This document shows positions 61,631-64,000 of a DNA stretch of 64,000 bases, piece by piece. Source of the stretch: a virus; the IMG/VR virus record IMGVR_UViG_3300044611_002466, positions 96,001-160,000 of that record. One strand, 5' to 3'. Each line of letters begins with the position of its first letter. Within the stretch, counting starts at the first letter, position 1. A model generated the notes under the pieces. That model ran no database searches, was not told the origin of the DNA, and worked only from the letters and a program-made list of their open reading frames with translations. Made by a program: the position numbers and the translations under genes.

Positions 61631-64000
61631 TGGCGAACGTCAACTCCCAGGCAGAGGCCATCCGGGACTTCCTCGTAGGACGCCTCGAGGTCTTCGATGC
61701 GAGTCTGGACACCTCCGAGGGCTCGGCGCTCTGGTCGCAAGTGGTCGCCCCCCTGTTCGAGCTCCTGGGCACGGACCCGTTCGACACCGACATCCGCACC
61801 TTCTTGAAGGACCGGGTCACGCAGGCGTTCCCCCTCGTCTCGGCACAGGACGGGGACGCGCTTGTCGACCTGCTCATCACGCCGCTCGAGGTGCTGCTCG
61901 AGCCGCTCAAGCGGGAGATTCAGATCATCCGCAAGGGCCAGTCGGTCCGGTCTTCGGAGCTGCGCCTGGAGGATGCACGCGACTTGGCGGGCAACTTCTT
62001 CGTCGACTGGCGTAGCGGAACGCGAGCCAGCGGGTCCGTGCGCATCTACTACGCGGCGCCGACGCATCTGACCATCCTGCCTACCGCCGAGTTCTCGACC
62101 GCGGGCGGGCTGCTGTTCTACCCCACACGCGCCCTGACGATGCGCCCGGAGTCGATGCTCCTCAACAAGTCGGGGGTGGAGTACTACGCCGACGTTCCGC
62201 TCACCGCGGGAACCCCGGCGCTCTCGCACAACATCGCGAAGGGCGCGATCACCAGCGTCCGGGGGGTGACCGGGTTCACCCGCCTCACCAACCTGCGCGC
62301 CTTCGAGGGAGGTGCGGATCCGGAGACCGCCGCCGAGCTGCTGGCGCGGTCCGAGACCAGCCTGACCGAGCGCACCCTCAACGTGCGTCGAGGCATCGTG
62401 GCCCGTCTCGCGAAGGACTTCGCTTCGATCGTGGATACCGAGGTCGTCGGGTACGGCGACCCGGAGATGTCGCGGGACATCATCACGGGCAGCGGCGAGG
62501 GTTCCGTCGTGGCGAGCGGCGTCTGCTTCATCGTCGGCCAGTTCGTGCTGATGTTCAGCACGTTCGAGAACCGAGGCAGGGAGGGGTCCTCGCAGATCTC
62601 GGAAGGGGACGAGATCGAGCTCAACTTCTGGAGTTTCCTGTACCAGACGGAGCTCGGGAGCGCGAACGAGAAGTTCAGGATCAACAACATCCTTTTCGAC
62701 TCCCGCAACAGCATCTCGGAGCTGCCGTCGGTTCTGCTGTTCCGGATGGACGGGGTGCCTTCAGTGGTGGCCCCCATCGCGGGCACCCTCCCGGGAGTGC
62801 TGCCCGGAGTCTTCGCAGTGGTGCGGTCCACCGGCAAGCTCGAGATCTCCGGCATCCCCGGCGGTATCCTCGACCCGGATACCCTGCGCGGGACCATCGA
62901 GATCAACGACAATGAGGTGCACATCGGAGGTCACTACGACGTGTGGCTTCGCGCTGCGACCGCCACCACCGACACGGCAACGCATGAGGCCGTGCGTTCC
63001 GAGACCGCCATCCTCGAGGGCAATGATCTGGTGTTTTCGGGAGGTAGCACCTCGTATCGACACATCGCGCACAGGCCGTACACCGTCGACAGCACGGCGT
63101 CGTTCCAGCTTGGACAGACCTTGTTCTGCGCGAGCAGCAAGGCGTCTGCGGTGATCGCCGAGGTCAGCCGGGTCGGCTCCGTCAACACGTACTACCTCTG
63201 GGAGATGAACGGGCTGGAGTTCGCCACCGGCGACTCCGTCACGGACGGGACCACCGCAGGGACGCTGCTGAGCGCGTCTTCAGTCCAGTGGGCGGACTAC
63301 GGGGTCAAGCGCGGCATGGTGCTTGCCCTGCCAGGAGGCAACGAGGAGGGCTCCTACCGCATCCTCAAGGTGGACGGGCCCTTCCTCTACTTGGACATCA
63401 ACCTCACGACCACCGGGCGTGGGCAGCTCTTCCGAGTGCTCTCGGAGGTGTCGGTCAACATCTTCGCTCCGAGGACCATCCTCATCCCGTTTGGAGCCGC
63501 CGACGGAGGGGACCTCCGGACTGTCATCGGCTCCAAGACCGCGCGCACCGCCATCAACCTGCAGGATTACGGGGTTCTCATCGGAGACACTCTCGAGATC
63601 CTCACGGGCGATGATGTGGGGTCCTACACCATCTCGGCGTGGGACACGACGTACGGCGGGCAGGGGGCTGTGCTCAGCTCCACCATGACGGCGACGAACT
63701 CATCGGTGCACTACCAGGTGTACCGGATGCAACAGCCGGTACAACGACCGCTGCTGCGGGTAATGCCTGATGGAGTCGTGCTTCTGGATCGGGACGGACA
63801 GGACAGCGGCTACAAGATCCCGAATGCGACCCCCGTAGACGTGCGCCCCGTGCATGCGTTCTCGGGAGCGAAGCCCATCTCCGAGGGCCTCAACGGCTTC
63901 GTGTTGATGGATCCCGGCAGCGGGTGGGCCCCCAGCGCGGACTACACCGTCGACATCGACACGTACGACTGGGCTGGCTGGACGGGCGGGGACTTCGAGT
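61630..64000 (+). CDS. Baseplate wedge subunit (baseplate J/gp6-like), runs off the window end
   Basis: Absent from the ORF track; TAATG overlap; DLAGNFFVDWRSGTRASGSVRIYY..GAITSV..LTNLRAFEGGADPETAAELLAR..DTEVVGYGDPEM. Confidence 0.8.
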   Translation, partial: MANVNSQAEAIRDFLVGRLEVFDASLDTSEGSALWSQVVAPLFELLGTDPFDTDIRTFLKDRVTQAFPLVSAQDGDALVDLLITPLEVLLEPLKREIQIIRKGQSVRSSELRLEDARDLAGNFFVDWRSGTRASGSVRIYYAAPTHLTILPTAEFSTAGGLLFYPTRALTMRPESMLLNKSGVEYYADVPLTAGTPALSHNIAKGAITSVRGVTGFTRLTNLRAFEGGADPETAAELLARSETSLTERTLNVRRGIVARLAKDFASIVDTEVVGYGDPEMSRDIITGSGEGSVVASGVCFIVGQFVLMFSTFENRGREGSSQISEGDEIELNFWSFLYQTELGSANEKFRINNILFDSRNSISELPSVLLFRMDGVPSVVAPIAGTLPGVLPGVFAVVRSTGKLEISGIPGGILDPDTLRGTIEINDNEVHIGGHYDVWLRAATATTDTATHEAVRSETAILEGNDLVFSGGSTSYRHIAHRPYTVDSTASFQLGQTLFCASSKASAVIAEVSRVGSVNTYYLWEMNGLEFATGDSVTDGTTAGTLLSASSVQWADYGVKRGMVLALPGGNEEGSYRILKVDGPFLYLDINLTTTGRGQLFRVLSEVSVNIFAPRTILIPFGAADGGDLRTVIGSKTARTAINLQDYGVLIGDTLEILTGDDVGSYTISAWDTTYGGQGAVLSSTMTATNSSVHYQVYRMQQPVQRPLLRVMPDGVVLLDRDGQDSGYKIPNATPVDVRPVHAFSGAKPISEGLNGFVLMDPGSGWAPSADYTVDIDTYDWAGWTGGDFE

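Noticed and set aside
1-64000. Stop-codon reassignment (seen in some jumbo phages)
   Set aside because: TAG, TGA and TAA all end genes at sensible points followed by RBS or coupled starts, and known domains are uninterrupted in code 11.
1-64000. Prophage, integrase, transposase or host chromosome context
   Set aside because: No integrase, att site, IS element or host operons seen; gene density and content fit a large lytic phage, though the full genome is needed to confirm.

Overview
GC-rich fragment of a large (probably jumbo) contractile-tailed bacteriophage genome, with no host housekeeping operons, tRNAs or CRISPR array seen. It has four strand blocks. (1) 1-31.0 kb, minus strand: dense, translationally coupled small accessory genes plus GyrB/ParE, an M15 endolysin, an RmuC/DUF2130-like nuclease, GIY-YIG, macrodomain, SSB, a bL12-like protein, a sigma-like protein, a DenV-like glycosylase, a pilin-like protein and a SLOG protein. 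This block also holds a ~1 kb AT-rich repeat-bearing non-coding island at 23.7-24.7 kb. (2) 31.1-41.1 kb, plus strand: GT-B-like protein, Zn ribbons, a tail-chaperone-like pair with a -1 slippery site, GroES, RHH and probable head-internal proteins. (3) 41.1-47.6 kb, minus strand: SspB-like adaptor and WGR-ATP-dependent DNA ligase. (4) 47.7-64 kb, plus strand: tape measure, baseplate hub with an inserted M15 peptidase, a sigma70-family factor, Ig-like proteins, a gp25-like and a baseplate-J-like gene. The most interesting signal is a possible phage transcription programme. It combines two paralogous sigma factors, about 20 GNCATAAG boxes placed just upstream of minus-strand ribosome-binding sites, a second TGTGAGTAC box, and hairpin-TTTAGCCC terminators. 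One of the sigma factors sits in the virion module and carries the K-x-A motif that also marks domain boundaries in probable virion proteins. All family calls are by-eye motif recognition, not database searches.
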